64,000 nucleotides of DNA from an uncultured Planctomycetaceae bacterium (GTDB lineage: Bacteria; Planctomycetota; Planctomycetia; Isosphaerales; Isosphaeraceae), in NCBI GenBank assembly GCA_963833985.1, contig CAWIAD010000001.1, positions 1,376,001-1,440,000 of the forward strand, written 5' to 3'. Both the position numbers and the translations under genes were made by a program. This document shows positions 49,135 through 59,677 of this stretch, one piece after another (positions within the stretch are counted from its first letter, which is position 1; each line of letters starts with the position of its first letter). The notes beneath the pieces were generated by a model, which was not told the origin of the DNA, made no database searches, and saw nothing but the letters and a program-made list of their open reading frames with translations.

Positions 49135-49605
49135 ATGGCCCGTTCCAATCACTGGCGCCGCGAGCAGTTCATCCCGTTCAATTTCCTGCAAAACGAGCTG
49201 GCCCGCGTGCTCGAGGACTACTTTCAACCGGAAGGGCGAGGTCACGCCCAGAGCCCGCCGACCGACCTGGAGCCCACGGCGTGGAGCCCGCTCATCGACG
49301 TTTATGAGACTCCGGAAGAGACCATCGTCGTGGCCGAGATTCCCGGCGTGGATCCGACCCGCATCGAGCTCTCGATCAGCGGCAACCTCCTGGTCCTGCG
49401 CGGCGTGAAGGAGACCGGCGAGCTGCCCGAGGCGCAGCTTCAGGTGCGCGAGCGGCGGTTCGGCACGTTCGTGCGCCAGATCATGGTCCCCGCCGACGTC
49501 GATTTCGACGCCGCCCAGGCCGATGCCAGGAACGGCGTGTTGACCGTCCGCATGCCAAAGCGGCGGGCCGCGCAGCCCCGCACGATCCCGATCCGTCCCA
49601 GTTGA
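49135..49605 (+). CDS. Hsp20/alpha-crystallin protein
   Basis: WSPLIDVYE, EIPGVD, ERRFGTF.R, NGVLTVRMPK. Confidence 0.92.
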   Translation: MARSNHWRREQFIPFNFLQNELARVLEDYFQPEGRGHAQSPPTDLEPTAWSPLIDVYETPEETIVVAEIPGVDPTRIELSISGNLLVLRGVKETGELPEAQLQVRERRFGTFVRQIMVPADVDFDAAQADARNGVLTVRMPKRRAAQPRTIPIRPS

Positions 49606-49709
49606 ACGGAATCGCCGCCCGGTTCGGTTCGGAACGCCCTCGTCCAGCGCCGGAAATATGGTAAATTGGTGAGGCTGTATTCGCTTCACACTCAGCGGAG
49701 AGTCTCTCC

Positions 49710-49892
49710 ATGCAGACCGAGAAGGTCATCACGTACACGGCGATGGGAATAGCCGGCCTGATCGTCTTGCTCTTCCTGCTGGACCTGGCGGCCGGGATCT
49801 TTGGCCGAAACACGGCGATGGACATCCTCTTCATCATCGGCGGCGCATTCCTGCTCTGGCAGGGCGTGGAGACGATTCTCGAGCTCCGCTAA
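49710..49892 (+). CDS. Small two-TM hypothetical protein
   Basis: Two hydrophobic helices; GGAGAG RBS. Confidence 0.65.
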   Translation: MQTEKVITYTAMGIAGLIVLLFLLDLAAGIFGRNTAMDILFIIGGAFLLWQGVETILELR

Positions 49893-49915
49893 ATAGCTCC
49901 CCATAAGTGGGAAAG

Positions 49916-49970
49916 TGTGGGACAGCCGCGCTCGGCCGTCCTGAGCCAGCCGAGGGCGGCTGGCCCACAT
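49916..49970. repeat. REP-like palindrome
   Basis: GTGTGGGACAGCCGCGCTCGG...CCGAGGGCGGCTGGCCCACAT. Confidence 0.55.
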
Positions 49971-49994
49971 TACTGGAGGCGAGGCTCTATTTAG

Positions 49995-51570
49995 GCCTCC
50001 TCAGCAGAATTTGTGGCTGCGTTTCGGCTCGGGGAGGTGACCGAGGTCGTGCAAGAGAGCCAGTTTCGCGATTTTCGCCGTCCGAAATCCATACGACTTT
50101 CTCGTAACCAGTTTCACCTTGTTGTTGAGCCCTTCGACGGCACCCGCGGAGACCAGTCCTTTGGCCCGAAACCAATTCAAGATCAGTGGCCGATGAGTCC
50201 GAATACTACGGGCGATCTTCTTCATCGGCTCCAGTCTCGAACGCATCACTCGACCTGTCCACTCATCGAGAAACCTCCCCGCCCACCACGCGCTTTTGTA
50301 CTCCCAGACCCGCTGGAACTCCTCGCGTAGCAGGTACGCTCGCACCGTCCGCAGGTTGTACCGTAAGACTTCCGACAACTTCACCGTCTGCTTGTCCGTG
50401 AGGTTCTCCGGCCGCTTCAGGAAGCACCACCGCGACTTCCTCAACACCGGCTCGTAGCCGTCACGTACCAATCGCTTCGACTCCTCCGCGCGGATCTCGT
50501 CCAGTGCCTTGCCGAACATCTGCATCACATGGAACCGGTCCAGCACGTGGACCGCCTGGCCGAGTCTCTCGGCGATCACGTTGAGGTACGCCTTCCACAT
50601 GTCGCTACACACATATTGTACCTGCTTGCAAACTGTCTCCCCAAGGCCGTCCAGGCACGACCGCAGGCTCGCTTCGGTCCGTTCCTCGGCTACGGCCAAC
50701 AGTCGCTTCGTTGTCCCGCCAATGTCGTAAACCAGTGTCAAATACGTGTGGCCGCGAGCCCAGGCGATCTCGTCCACGCCCAGGGCCGCCACCTCGCTGA
50801 GGTCCCGATGCCTCAGTCCCCACTCGACCTCGTGCTCCACGGCCCGGAAGACGCTGTCCCATGATGTGCGGAAAATCGAGCCGACTTCACTCCAGCTCAG
50901 CCTCTTGGCCCAGGTTGCCAGGAACCAGCGGTAGGTGGTGGTCAGTTGGTTCTTGCCGTCGCACCATGGGACCAGCTCGACGGTCACCCCGCACCGTCTG
51001 CAATTCACTCGCCGCATCCGGTAGGCCAGGAACACCAAGATCCCCCAGATCGGCACGAACTCGAACCGCCGTTCCTCAAGGCGATCATACGCTGGACCAG
51101 GTCGGCCGCAACCCGAGCACAACACCCGACTGTTCTTGCGGGCCACCATCTCAACGACCAGTGCTGGGCCGTCGGCACACTCCTCCAGGGTGGCCTGGCC
51201 GTAAACAAACGACTTGAACTTCTCCACCCGATTGAGCATCGTCTGGATACGCATCCTGGGGTACTCCTGGTTCTGATGAAGCCTGGTAACTCCATCGTGA
51301 CCGAGAGATGCCTCAGGATGCGATCTTTCTCGCCAGCGCGAATCGTCTTCCGCTGCTGCTCCGCAGGACTTTGCTGACAAACCTGAAAACCAAGCTGGTC
51401 ACTTGATCTGTGCCAGCAAGAACCCTTGCTTTCCCCCCCCCCGCCTTCGCCATCACCTCGCCCTCACCTGACCCGGGCGAGGTGATGGTGAAGGTGGAGG
51501 GGAACCCTCCTGTCGAGCCGGAGCCGAGCTCGCAGGCTGAATTCACACCCACAGATTCTGCGGAGGAGCC
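49995..51570 (-). mobile_element. Complete ISL3-family insertion sequence
   Basis: IRs GCCTCCTCAGCAGAATTTGTGG / GGCTCCTCCGCAGAATCTGTGG (19/22); 8-bp TSD CTATTTAG at 49987-49994 and 51571-51578. Confidence 0.92.
50001..51254 (-). CDS. ISL3-family transposase
   Basis: Zn finger CSGC..CRRC, LGVDE, CSDMW, DRFHV, EGLNNKVK..RKSYGFR. Confidence 0.95.
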   Translation of the reverse strand: MRIQTMLNRVEKFKSFVYGQATLEECADGPALVVEMVARKNSRVLCSGCGRPGPAYDRLEERRFEFVPIWGILVFLAYRMRRVNCRRCGVTVELVPWCDGKNQLTTTYRWFLATWAKRLSWSEVGSIFRTSWDSVFRAVEHEVEWGLRHRDLSEVAALGVDEIAWARGHTYLTLVYDIGGTTKRLLAVAEERTEASLRSCLDGLGETVCKQVQYVCSDMWKAYLNVIAERLGQAVHVLDRFHVMQMFGKALDEIRAEESKRLVRDGYEPVLRKSRWCFLKRPENLTDKQTVKLSEVLRYNLRTVRAYLLREEFQRVWEYKSAWWAGRFLDEWTGRVMRSRLEPMKKIARSIRTHRPLILNWFRAKGLVSAGAVEGLNNKVKLVTRKSYGFRTAKIAKLALLHDLGHLPEPKRSHKFC

Positions 51571-51613
51571 CTATTTAGAGCGGTTTTCACTCGGATCGCA
51601 GATTGAGACCGGC

Positions 51614-51670
51614 GGCAGGCATTCCTGCTTGCCGGAGCAGGCCTGCCCTGGCAGACAGGAATGTCTGCCC
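51614..51670. repeat. REP-like palindrome pair
   Basis: GGCAGGCATTCCTGCTTGCC...GGCAGACAGGAATGTCTGCC. Confidence 0.6.
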
Positions 51671-51717
51671 CCCCCTTTCAAAACTCAGAAACTGCCTGCA
51701 ACCGTCAGAAAACCGCC

Positions 51718-53290
51718 CTAGACGCCTTCGCGCGCCGGTTCGCGTCCGGCCGCCACGTTTTCGATCAGCGCCTGGAGCAACCCCTCCCAGGTGTAGGTCC
51801 GTGCTTCGGCGGCGACCCTCCAGCCCAGACGCTCGACCGCCTCCGAGGTCACGGGGCTGAGACTTGCGAGCTTGATGCGCGTGCCGACCAGGCTGCGCGC
51901 CTCGGCCGGCAGGATGGCGTGCAGCCTGGCGGCGATCGCAGGACTGGTGAGCGTGATCCAATCGACCGTTCCGGACTCGATCCTCCGGGCAACCTCGTCC
52001 GGCAAGGCATCGACATCGGCGTTGCGATAGACCGCGACCTGGTGGACCTGGGCGCACTTCTCAAGTTCTTCCTTGAGGATCATCCGGCCGCGGTCGGCCC
52101 TCGCCAGCAACACGCGCTGCCCGGCGGCCTGCCGGGCCAGGGCCTCGGCCAGGGCTTCGGAACGGAAAGACCCGGGAACCAGGTCTGCTCTCAAATGATA
52201 ACCGGACAATGCCCGCGCCGTGGCCGGCCCGATGGTTGCCAGCTTCAGCCGCCCGATGGCGCAGGTCCAGTCCCAGCACATCCAGCCGATCCAGAAAACC
52301 CTGAACGCCGTGGGCGGACGTGAACACCAGCCAGTTGAACTGATCCAGGCGGCTGATCGACTCATCGAGGAGGCGATGATCCACCAGCGGCAGAATCTGG
52401 ACTGTGGGAGCGAGCAGGACCTCGGCGCCGAGCGCCTCCAGCGCCGGGGCGACCTGCCGCCCTTCATCCGCCGGCCGCGTGACCACGATGCGCTGTCCAG
52501 ACAAGGGCAGGCTCTCATACCAGGCCAGCACCCGACGCTGGTCCACGACGCTGCCGATGACAAGCAGAGCAGGGGGGCGCACGCCCTGCGACCGGGCCGC
52601 CTCGCCGAGCGTCCCGAGCGTTGCCTCGAGCACCCGCTGTGCGGGAGTGCTGCCAGATTCGATGACGGCCGCGGGTGTGCTTTCTTCCTTGCCCGCCCGG
52701 ATCAGCGTCCGGCAAATCGCGGCCAGGTGCGTCACGCCCATGTACACCACCAGCGTGCCCGGAAATGCCGCGAGGGCATGCCAGTCGAGCGCGGTTCGTC
52801 CCGCGGCCGTTGCATTCGGATCCGTCCCGGCTTCTGGATCACCATGCCCGGTGACAAATGCCACGGCCGAGCAATGGCCGCGATGGGTGATGGGAATGCC
52901 CGCGTACGCGGTGGCCCCGACGCCCGCGGTGACGCCCGGCACAACCTGGTAAGGGATGCCGTGCCGGGCGAGATGCTCTGCCTCCTCGGCTCCGCGGCCA
53001 AACACGAACGGGTCACCGCCCTTGAGCCGGACGACAACCCGGCCCGACAAAGCATGCTCCAGCAGCAGCGCGTTGATCTGGTCCTGATCCAGGGTGCAAT
53101 GTCCGCTGGACTTGCCGGCACAGATGCGGATCGCACGCGCGGGGGCAAGGTCGAGCAGCCGGGCCGAGGCCAGGTGATCGTACACGACCACGTCCGCGCG
53201 GCCCAGAACCTCGGCACCCCGCACGGTCAAAAGCCCTGGGTCTCCGGGCCCAGCACCGACCAGATAAACGATTCCCGGCTCGAGGTTCAT
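51718..53290 (-). CDS. cobA: Uroporphyrinogen-III C-methyltransferase/synthase fusion (frameshift near 52260)
   Basis: LVGAGPGDPGLLT, RLKGGDPFVFGRG, WLVFTS, IGPATA, LTSP; HemD part split. Confidence 0.9.
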
Positions 53291-53349
53291 GCCCGACGGT
53301 CAATAACGTTGAAATAGCGATAAGTTAAGTGCAGGCATAGGTGTGTCCC

Positions 53350-53478
53350 TCGTTCCCACGCTCCGCGTGGGAATGCCGACTGCGACGCTCCGCGTCGTTT
53401 GGGCCCGTGCCGAGGCTGGGAAATCCATGGGACGCTGAGCATCCCGACCGGTGTTCCCACGCAGAGCGTGGGAACAAG
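53350..53478. repeat. REP doublet (RAYT-type palindromes)
   Basis: GTTCCCACGCTCCGCGTGGGAAT ... GTTCCCACGCAGAGCGTGGGAAC. Confidence 0.7.
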
Positions 53479-53568
53479 TCTGTCGCAAGCCTCCTGCCCC
53501 TTTCTGTTAACACTATTTCAACGGCATTGGCCCGAGAGTGGTCTGCGCGGTAGGGCGGCAACGGTTTG

Positions 53569-54021
53569 CTAACCTTGCTTCCTGAGATAATCCTCGACCA
53601 TCGTCCGGAGCTGTCCGTCAACCTCCAGGCCCATCGCTTTTCCCCTGGCGACGGCCTCCTCGGCCGTCCAGCCGTTCGCACGCGCCTGCTGGATGAGCAC
53701 CAGGGCCATGGCCCGGCCGCCCTTGCGGCAATGGACGAGCACCTTGCTGCCGGCCTCGCAATGACGGTCGATGAAATCGCAGACCTCGGTCACCCCGGGG
53801 TCGGCCAGAGGTGCTCCACCAACGCCATGATGAAGGTAATCCATGCCCAGGACGCGGACCTTCTCCCCCTCCGCCACGGTCGAGAGCGGCTGCTCGGGTT
53901 CGCGATCGTGTCGCAGGTTGACGACACCGGCAATGCCCTGGTCCCTGCATTCGAGCAGGTCGTCTTCGGAAGGCTGGTCGCCTATATAGATCGTCGCGGT
54001 GACTGGCCGTTTCACGTTCAT
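53569..54021 (-). CDS. DUF442/PTP-like sulfurtransferase-phosphatase domain protein
   Basis: QP..D, VVNLR..E, VLVHCRKGGRA (CX5R). Confidence 0.8.
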   Translation of the reverse strand: MNVKRPVTATIYIGDQPSEDDLLECRDQGIAGVVNLRHDREPEQPLSTVAEGEKVRVLGMDYLHHGVGGAPLADPGVTEVCDFIDRHCEAGSKVLVHCRKGGRAMALVLIQQARANGWTAEEAVARGKAMGLEVDGQLRTMVEDYLRKQG

Positions 54022-54304
54022 CGGATGGGTCCTCGACGGTCGGGAGCAGGGTCGAAAACAAGGCGATCGCCGGGCGATTTCCTCGTTTCAAGCCTACTGA
54101 TTCGGCTCGGAGTTCGCCAGGAGCCCTGGACGAAATGCACGACCGGGACCGCGTTTCCAACCCGGTCTTCCTGGTGAATCCGGTGAGCGGGAGGTTCTTT
54201 CGCACGTTGCGTGCCTGCTTTTCGTGATCCGTTTCCCCGCTGCTGGTATCATGGAATGGCAATGACGGTTGTGCCCGCTCCAGTCAGGTCATCGGGAGGC
54301 CACC

Positions 54305-54733
54305 ATGACGACTCTCGTGTTGCTGCTCTCGGCGCTTGTGATCGGCGGTGAAGACCCGGCGCAGACGGACCTGGAAAAGCTCCAGGGCACATGGTACCTG
54401 ACCGCCAAGGAGTCCGACGGAGAGCAGGCCCTCGCCGAGGACATCCAGGGCGAGACCGTGGTGTACGAGCAGAACCACGTGACGCTCAGGAGCGGAGACC
54501 GCGTGCGCAAGCGTGGGATCATCACGCTCGACGCGACACGCAAGCCGAAAGCGATGAACACCTGGGACCGGGATGGCCCGTATGAGGACCAGACCATTGC
54601 CGGCATTTACGAACTGGAGGGCGATACGCTCAAGGTGTGCTTCGCCCGTCCGGGTGAAGAGCGGCCCAGGGAATTCACCACCAAGTCGGGTACCGCGTTT
54701 CTCCTGTGCATCTACAAGCGGAAGCCCCGCTGA
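54305..54733 (+). CDS. TIGR03067 planctomycete domain protein
   Basis: DLEKLQGTW, GIYELEGDTLKVCF..RP.EF. Confidence 0.85.
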   Translation: MTTLVLLLSALVIGGEDPAQTDLEKLQGTWYLTAKESDGEQALAEDIQGETVVYEQNHVTLRSGDRVRKRGIITLDATRKPKAMNTWDRDGPYEDQTIAGIYELEGDTLKVCFARPGEERPREFTTKSGTAFLLCIYKRKPR

Positions 54734-54778
54734 TCCGGCTCATTCCATGTCGATTGATCCGGCTCATTCCATGTCGAT
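54731..54778. repeat. 24-bp exact tandem duplication
   Basis: TGATCCGGCTCATTCCATGTCGAT twice. Confidence 0.9.
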
Positions 54779-55392
54779 GGGGTCGCGGCGAATCTCGCGG
54801 CCCGTGCGGACCTCATGAATCTGGACCGCGAAGCTCGGAAGATCGAGCACGGCGAACGTGTATGAGGTCTGGACGCCGGGGACGCCGAGCACCGAGCCGG
54901 GATTGATGACGGTACCGCGCGGGCCGCGGTCGATCATGGGCACGTGCGTATGGCCCAGGACCAGCACCCGGGCGTCGCCCTGCTCCCAGAACTCCTCGAC
55001 CGACGCGGGCATCGGCTTGTACGCCGTGACGTACTCGGTGTCGCTCGCCGGCGAGCCGTGAAAGAACGTGATGGCCTCACCGGCCACGACCAGCCGAAGA
55101 CTGGGCGGCAGCATCGCGAGGAACGCGCGGGTGTCGTCGCGCAGGTCGGCCGTCTTCCAGCCGCGCAGCCCGAGCATCTGTCCGCGCTCGAGGACCCAGC
55201 GATCGTGATTGCCGCGAATGCAGGGAATGCTCCGCGCCCGGATCTCCGCCACGACGGCGTCCGGCTCGCTGCCGTAGCCGACCAGGTCGCCCAGGCAGAC
55301 CACCTGGTCCACGGCGAGCTGCTCGAGCCGCCCCAGCGCCGTCTCCAGGCGCGCAGGTCGGCGTGAATATCTGCGATCAGGCCGATCCGCAT
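54764..55392 (-). CDS. Metallophosphoesterase (frameshift near 55355)
   Basis: ADIHA, CLGDLVGY, RGNHD, HGSP, GHTH, INPGSV. Confidence 0.88.
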
Positions 55393-55501
55393 GGAATTGA
55401 GTCGCTTGCCAGGTCACTGGTACAATTTGAGTGATCTCACTGCACAAACTCTCGCCGTCCCACCAACAGTCCTATTGTGTCGGGAGAGCTGGCTTCTGAC
55501 C

Positions 55502-57775
55502 ATGTCTGACAGGGAACAACTCGAGCGCGAGCTGCTCGTCCACCACCCGGATCGTTGGGTCCGGCACCTGCTGGCCTCGTTCCCTGACGATTATTTCCAG
55601 GCGTTTTCACCCGCCGAGGTGAGCCGGCAGCTCGAGGCGATGAAGACGCTCAGCGACGACCGGCCGGTGCAGGTCAGCGCCGAACCGGAAAGCGGGGACG
55701 TCTGGCGCGTGGACGTCGTGGGTTACGACGCCTTTCAGTTTCTCTCGACGGTGTGCACGCTGCTGGCGGTCTCCGGACTGTCCATCCTGAACGGGCGGGT
55801 ATTCACATCACGGCCCCCGCCAGCCGATTCCGGGGCCACGCTGGCGCGCAAGGCCTCGCCGTTCCGGCGCCCGGCGCGGCCCCCGGCGGCGGCCGGGCCC
55901 GACCGCAGGCCGCGGATCGTGGATGTGTTCCGGGTCCGGCCCGTCCGCCCGCAACTCCCCGCTGCCGACTGGGATCATTTCCAGAGTGAGCTCCGTGACC
56001 TGACCAGGCTGCTGCGCAGTGACAGGTCGGAAGAAGTCAATCACCGGCTGATCCGCCGCTTCGTGGCCGCGCTCGGGCCGCCAGACGGCGATCTGGACCG
56101 CCTCGAGCCGATTGACCTGACGCTCGATGTGGACAGTCAGCTCGATGCCACGGCGGTGCGTATCCGGGCCCGCGACAGCTTTGGCTTCCTTTCGCTCACG
56201 GCCAGCGCCCTGGCCCTGTGCGGCATCCGCATCGTGCAGTCAGAGATTCGCACCGTCGACGACCGCGTGGACGACGTGCTCTGGGTCACCGACCGCTGGG
56301 GGCACAAGATCACCTCGGAGCCGAAGCTCCGCGAGCTGAGGCTGTCGCTGATCCTCATCGAGCACTTCAGCAGCCGGCTGCCGTGCGCGACCGATCCTGA
56401 GGCGGCACTGGTGCATTTCAGCCGGTTTGCCACGGAAACGATGGCCCGCCCGAACTGGGTCGAGGAATTCGAGGCGCTGGAAAAACCCGAGGTGCTCGAT
56501 GCGCTTGTGCGCATGCTGGGCGAGAGCCATTTCCTCTGGGAAGATTATCTGCACGCCCAGCCCGAGAACGTCCTGCACATGATCTGTGATCCCGCGGAGT
56601 GGATGCGTCATCCGGGACAGAAGAGGCTCACCGACGAGCTGGTATCGAGCCTGGCCGCCGTGACGACCATGGAAAGCCGGGGACAGGCACTGCGGCGATT
56701 TCGCGACCGGGAGATCTTCCGCGCTGACCTGCGATCCATCCTCGGGTTGAGCCGGGGGCAGGACGAATTCTCCAACGAGCTCGCCAGCGTGGCCGAGGTG
56801 CTGCTCGGCACCGCCTTCGAGCTGGCCCTGCGTGAGGCCGCCTCCCGGCATATGGTGGACGACCCGCGGCGAATGCCCCCCTCGATCCTTTGCGCCCTGG
56901 GCAAGTTCGGCGGCCGTGAGCTGGGCTTCGCGTCGGACCTCGAGGTGATGATCGTCTATGACGATCGGGCCCAATCCGAAGCCGGTCACGAGACCAGCCC
57001 CGGGCAGCTCTTTGATACGGTCGTCTCCGCTCTGCGCGCGCTGCTTGCCAGTCGCGAGGGGCATGCGTTCGAGCTCGACTTCCGGCTTCGCCCGTACGGA
57101 CGGGCCGGCCCGCTGGCCACGTCCATCTCCACATTTCTCGATTACTACAGGCCAGGTGGCGCGGCCTGGGGCTATGAGCGGCAAGCCCTCATCAAGCTGC
57201 GCCAGATCGCTGGCCACGCCGGCCTGGCACGCGAGCTGGAGCAGCACCGCGACTGCTACGTTTACGGACCCGAGCCGCTGGACCTGGAGGGGCTGCGGCG
57301 GATGCGCAGGCTCCAGGTCGAACAGCTTGTCCCACCTGGCACCATGAGCGCGAAATACAGCCCCGGAGCGCTCGTCGACGTGGAATACGTCGTCCAGGCC
57401 TTGCAAATCGTTCACGGTCGGAGCGACATCGCGCTGAGGTCTCCCAACACCCTCGAGGCGCTCAGCGCATTGGGCGAAGCGAACTGCCTCGATCCCCTGA
57501 GAGTCGGGCAGCTCCAGCTTGGCTATCGCTTCTTCCGCCGTCTCATCGACGCGCTGCGGGTGGTGCGCGACCACCCGAAAGACTTGACGGTCCCCCCCGT
57601 GGGAAGCGACGATTTCCTGCTCCTGTCGCGGCGGATGCGGGTGCCCGACCCGGAGAGTTTGCGAAACGAGCTGGAACTGCGGCTTCAGGAGACGCAGGCC
57701 GTCGCCGTGGAGCTGCCGGCACTCGTCGGCACCCGGCCCGCCGAGCCTGGCTCCTGTGCCGGCCCGGCGGCCTGA
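55502..57775 (+). CDS. glnE: GlnE-like glutamine synthetase adenylyltransferase with N-terminal ACT-like domains
   Basis: LGKFGGRELGFASDLE, DFRLRPYG..G, YERQALIK, KYSPGALVDVEY. Confidence 0.72.
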   Translation: MSDREQLERELLVHHPDRWVRHLLASFPDDYFQAFSPAEVSRQLEAMKTLSDDRPVQVSAEPESGDVWRVDVVGYDAFQFLSTVCTLLAVSGLSILNGRVFTSRPPPADSGATLARKASPFRRPARPPAAAGPDRRPRIVDVFRVRPVRPQLPAADWDHFQSELRDLTRLLRSDRSEEVNHRLIRRFVAALGPPDGDLDRLEPIDLTLDVDSQLDATAVRIRARDSFGFLSLTASALALCGIRIVQSEIRTVDDRVDDVLWVTDRWGHKITSEPKLRELRLSLILIEHFSSRLPCATDPEAALVHFSRFATETMARPNWVEEFEALEKPEVLDALVRMLGESHFLWEDYLHAQPENVLHMICDPAEWMRHPGQKRLTDELVSSLAAVTTMESRGQALRRFRDREIFRADLRSILGLSRGQDEFSNELASVAEVLLGTAFELALREAASRHMVDDPRRMPPSILCALGKFGGRELGFASDLEVMIVYDDRAQSEAGHETSPGQLFDTVVSALRALLASREGHAFELDFRLRPYGRAGPLATSISTFLDYYRPGGAAWGYERQALIKLRQIAGHAGLARELEQHRDCYVYGPEPLDLEGLRRMRRLQVEQLVPPGTMSAKYSPGALVDVEYVVQALQIVHGRSDIALRSPNTLEALSALGEANCLDPLRVGQLQLGYRFFRRLIDALRVVRDHPKDLTVPPVGSDDFLLLSRRMRVPDPESLRNELELRLQETQAVAVELPALVGTRPAEPGSCAGPAA

Positions 57776-57864
57776 ACCCCGGTCTGCCGGCATCGCCAGC
57801 GCTCGTCGATCGGCTGTTTCACGGCCTGCGTGCTCCACTTCGAAGCAGGCCACGTATCGGACAG

Positions 57865-58359
57865 TCAGCCTGTCGTCATTCCGGTCGACCCGTCCAGCGG
57901 CTGGCGGGCCTTCTCCAGCAGGCCGATCAACTGCCGCAGCTCGGCGGGGCTCATATGCCCGAGCAGCTTCCTGTGCAAGGCCAGTACCGGGTCGTCGAGC
58001 TGGCCCAGCAGGTCAACGCCTCTCGAGGTGATCGTCACGAAGACGACCCGGCGATCCTCGGTCGAGCGATCCCTCGCGACGAGCCCCATGCCCTCCAGGC
58101 GATCGATCAGCCCGGTGATGCCCGGCACGGCCGCAAGCATCCGGTCGGCGATCTCCAGGATCGGCAGGGGCTTCGCCTCGCCGCGGAGGATCCGCAGGAC
58201 GTTGTACTGCGAAGGGGTCAGTCCGTGTGCCCGGAAGAGGCGGGTGAAGCAGATGCCGAAGCGGTCGGCTGTGCGGGCAATGCTCAGGCTCGCCTCCTGC
58301 TCGGGCGAATCGAACGGCTTTCGTTTCTTCAGCTCCCTCTGCAACCGTCCGCCGGACAT
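57865..58359 (-). CDS. MarR-family regulator
   Basis: LTPSQYNVLRILRG, ITGLIDRLE, DRRVV. Confidence 0.9.
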   Translation of the reverse strand: MSGGRLQRELKKRKPFDSPEQEASLSIARTADRFGICFTRLFRAHGLTPSQYNVLRILRGEAKPLPILEIADRMLAAVPGITGLIDRLEGMGLVARDRSTEDRRVVFVTITSRGVDLLGQLDDPVLALHRKLLGHMSPAELRQLIGLLEKARQPLDGSTGMTTG

Positions 58360-58646
58360 GACGCCCTCCGTGAGTGTGCCAGGTTCTCCCTTATTAGTTT
58401 AAGCATCAAAAAAGGATATCGCAAGCATCGCCACGAGGTGCCAGGCACGGTTTGAACGGACTCTGGGCCGGCCGGAAACGCCCGGCGCTCGTGCAGGGCC
58501 CTCGGATCTCGATGTCTTGAAGGCTTCTCGCCGGCGGCGGACCGCCATTCCCCCGGCGCGGACGCTCGGGTACGATGCCAGATCGGTCGGGCCTCCACAC
58601 GGATCGAGAGGCCGGCTCTTACCGATCCGCACGAGACCCGCCCGGC

Positions 58647-59666
58647 ATGGACACCCCCACACCGAGAACGATCTTCATCACTGGGGCCACTGGACTGGTC
58701 GGCGGCCACGCGGCCGAGGAAGCCGTGCGCCGGGGTCATCGCGTGCGGGCGCTCGTCCGCGCCAGCAGCGATACGCGCTGGCTCGATCGGCTCGGAGTCG
58801 AGAAGGTCGTGGGCGACCTGGAAGATGCGGCGTCGCTGCGCCTCGGAGCCGCGGGCGTGGACTGGGTCTTCAACTGCGCCGCGAAGGTCGGCGACTGGGG
58901 AACGCTGGCCGAGTTTCGCAGGCTCAACGTGCAGGCGCTCGAGCTGCTCCTGGAGGCGGCCTGCGATGCCCGCATCGAACGCCTTGTGCACGTGAGCTCG
59001 CTGGGCGTTTACGAGGGTCGCGACCACCACGGCAGCGACGAGACCGTCCCGCCGGCGGCCAGTTCGCTGGACGCGTACACCCGCTCCAAGACCGAGGCGG
59101 AGGCCCTGGTGCTCAGGTATCATCGCGAACGCGGTCTGCCGGCCACCGTCGTCCGGCCGGGTTTCATTTACGGCGAGCGCGACCGGACCGTCCTGCCCAA
59201 GCTCCTGGTTAACCTGCGCCGGGGCTCGTTTGCCTATTTCGGATCGGGGGAGCAGGCGCTCAATTGCATCTACGTCAAGAACCTTGTGCACGGCATCTTC
59301 CTGGCCGCCGAGAACCCCGCGGCGGTGGGCGAGGTGTTCAACCTCACCGACGGCGAACCCGTGAGCAAGCTGCGCTTCGTCGGCCGTGTGGCGGAGCTTG
59401 CCGGCCTGCGGCCTCCGTCACGGCACATCCCGCTGGGCCTGGCACGCGTCCTGGCCGCCATGGTGGAGGGAGGTGCCAGGCTGCGCGGGGCGAAGAACCC
59501 GCCAATCATCAACAAGGCCCGGTTCAAGTTCCTCGGTCTGCACCTGGATTATTCCATCGACAAGGCGCGCCGGGTGCTGGGTTATCAACCACCCTTTCCG
59601 TTTGACGAGGCCATCGAGCGCGCCATGGCCGAGCACCGCGACGAACCGAAACCATCCTTCGGATGA
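58647..59666 (+). CDS. NAD-dependent epimerase/dehydratase
   Basis: TGATGLVG, YTRSK, RPGFIYG. Confidence 0.9.
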   Translation: MDTPTPRTIFITGATGLVGGHAAEEAVRRGHRVRALVRASSDTRWLDRLGVEKVVGDLEDAASLRLGAAGVDWVFNCAAKVGDWGTLAEFRRLNVQALELLLEAACDARIERLVHVSSLGVYEGRDHHGSDETVPPAASSLDAYTRSKTEAEALVLRYHRERGLPATVVRPGFIYGERDRTVLPKLLVNLRRGSFAYFGSGEQALNCIYVKNLVHGIFLAAENPAAVGEVFNLTDGEPVSKLRFVGRVAELAGLRPPSRHIPLGLARVLAAMVEGGARLRGAKNPPIINKARFKFLGLHLDYSIDKARRVLGYQPPFPFDEAIERAMAEHRDEPKPSFG

Positions 59667-59677
59667 GGAGCAACGTG

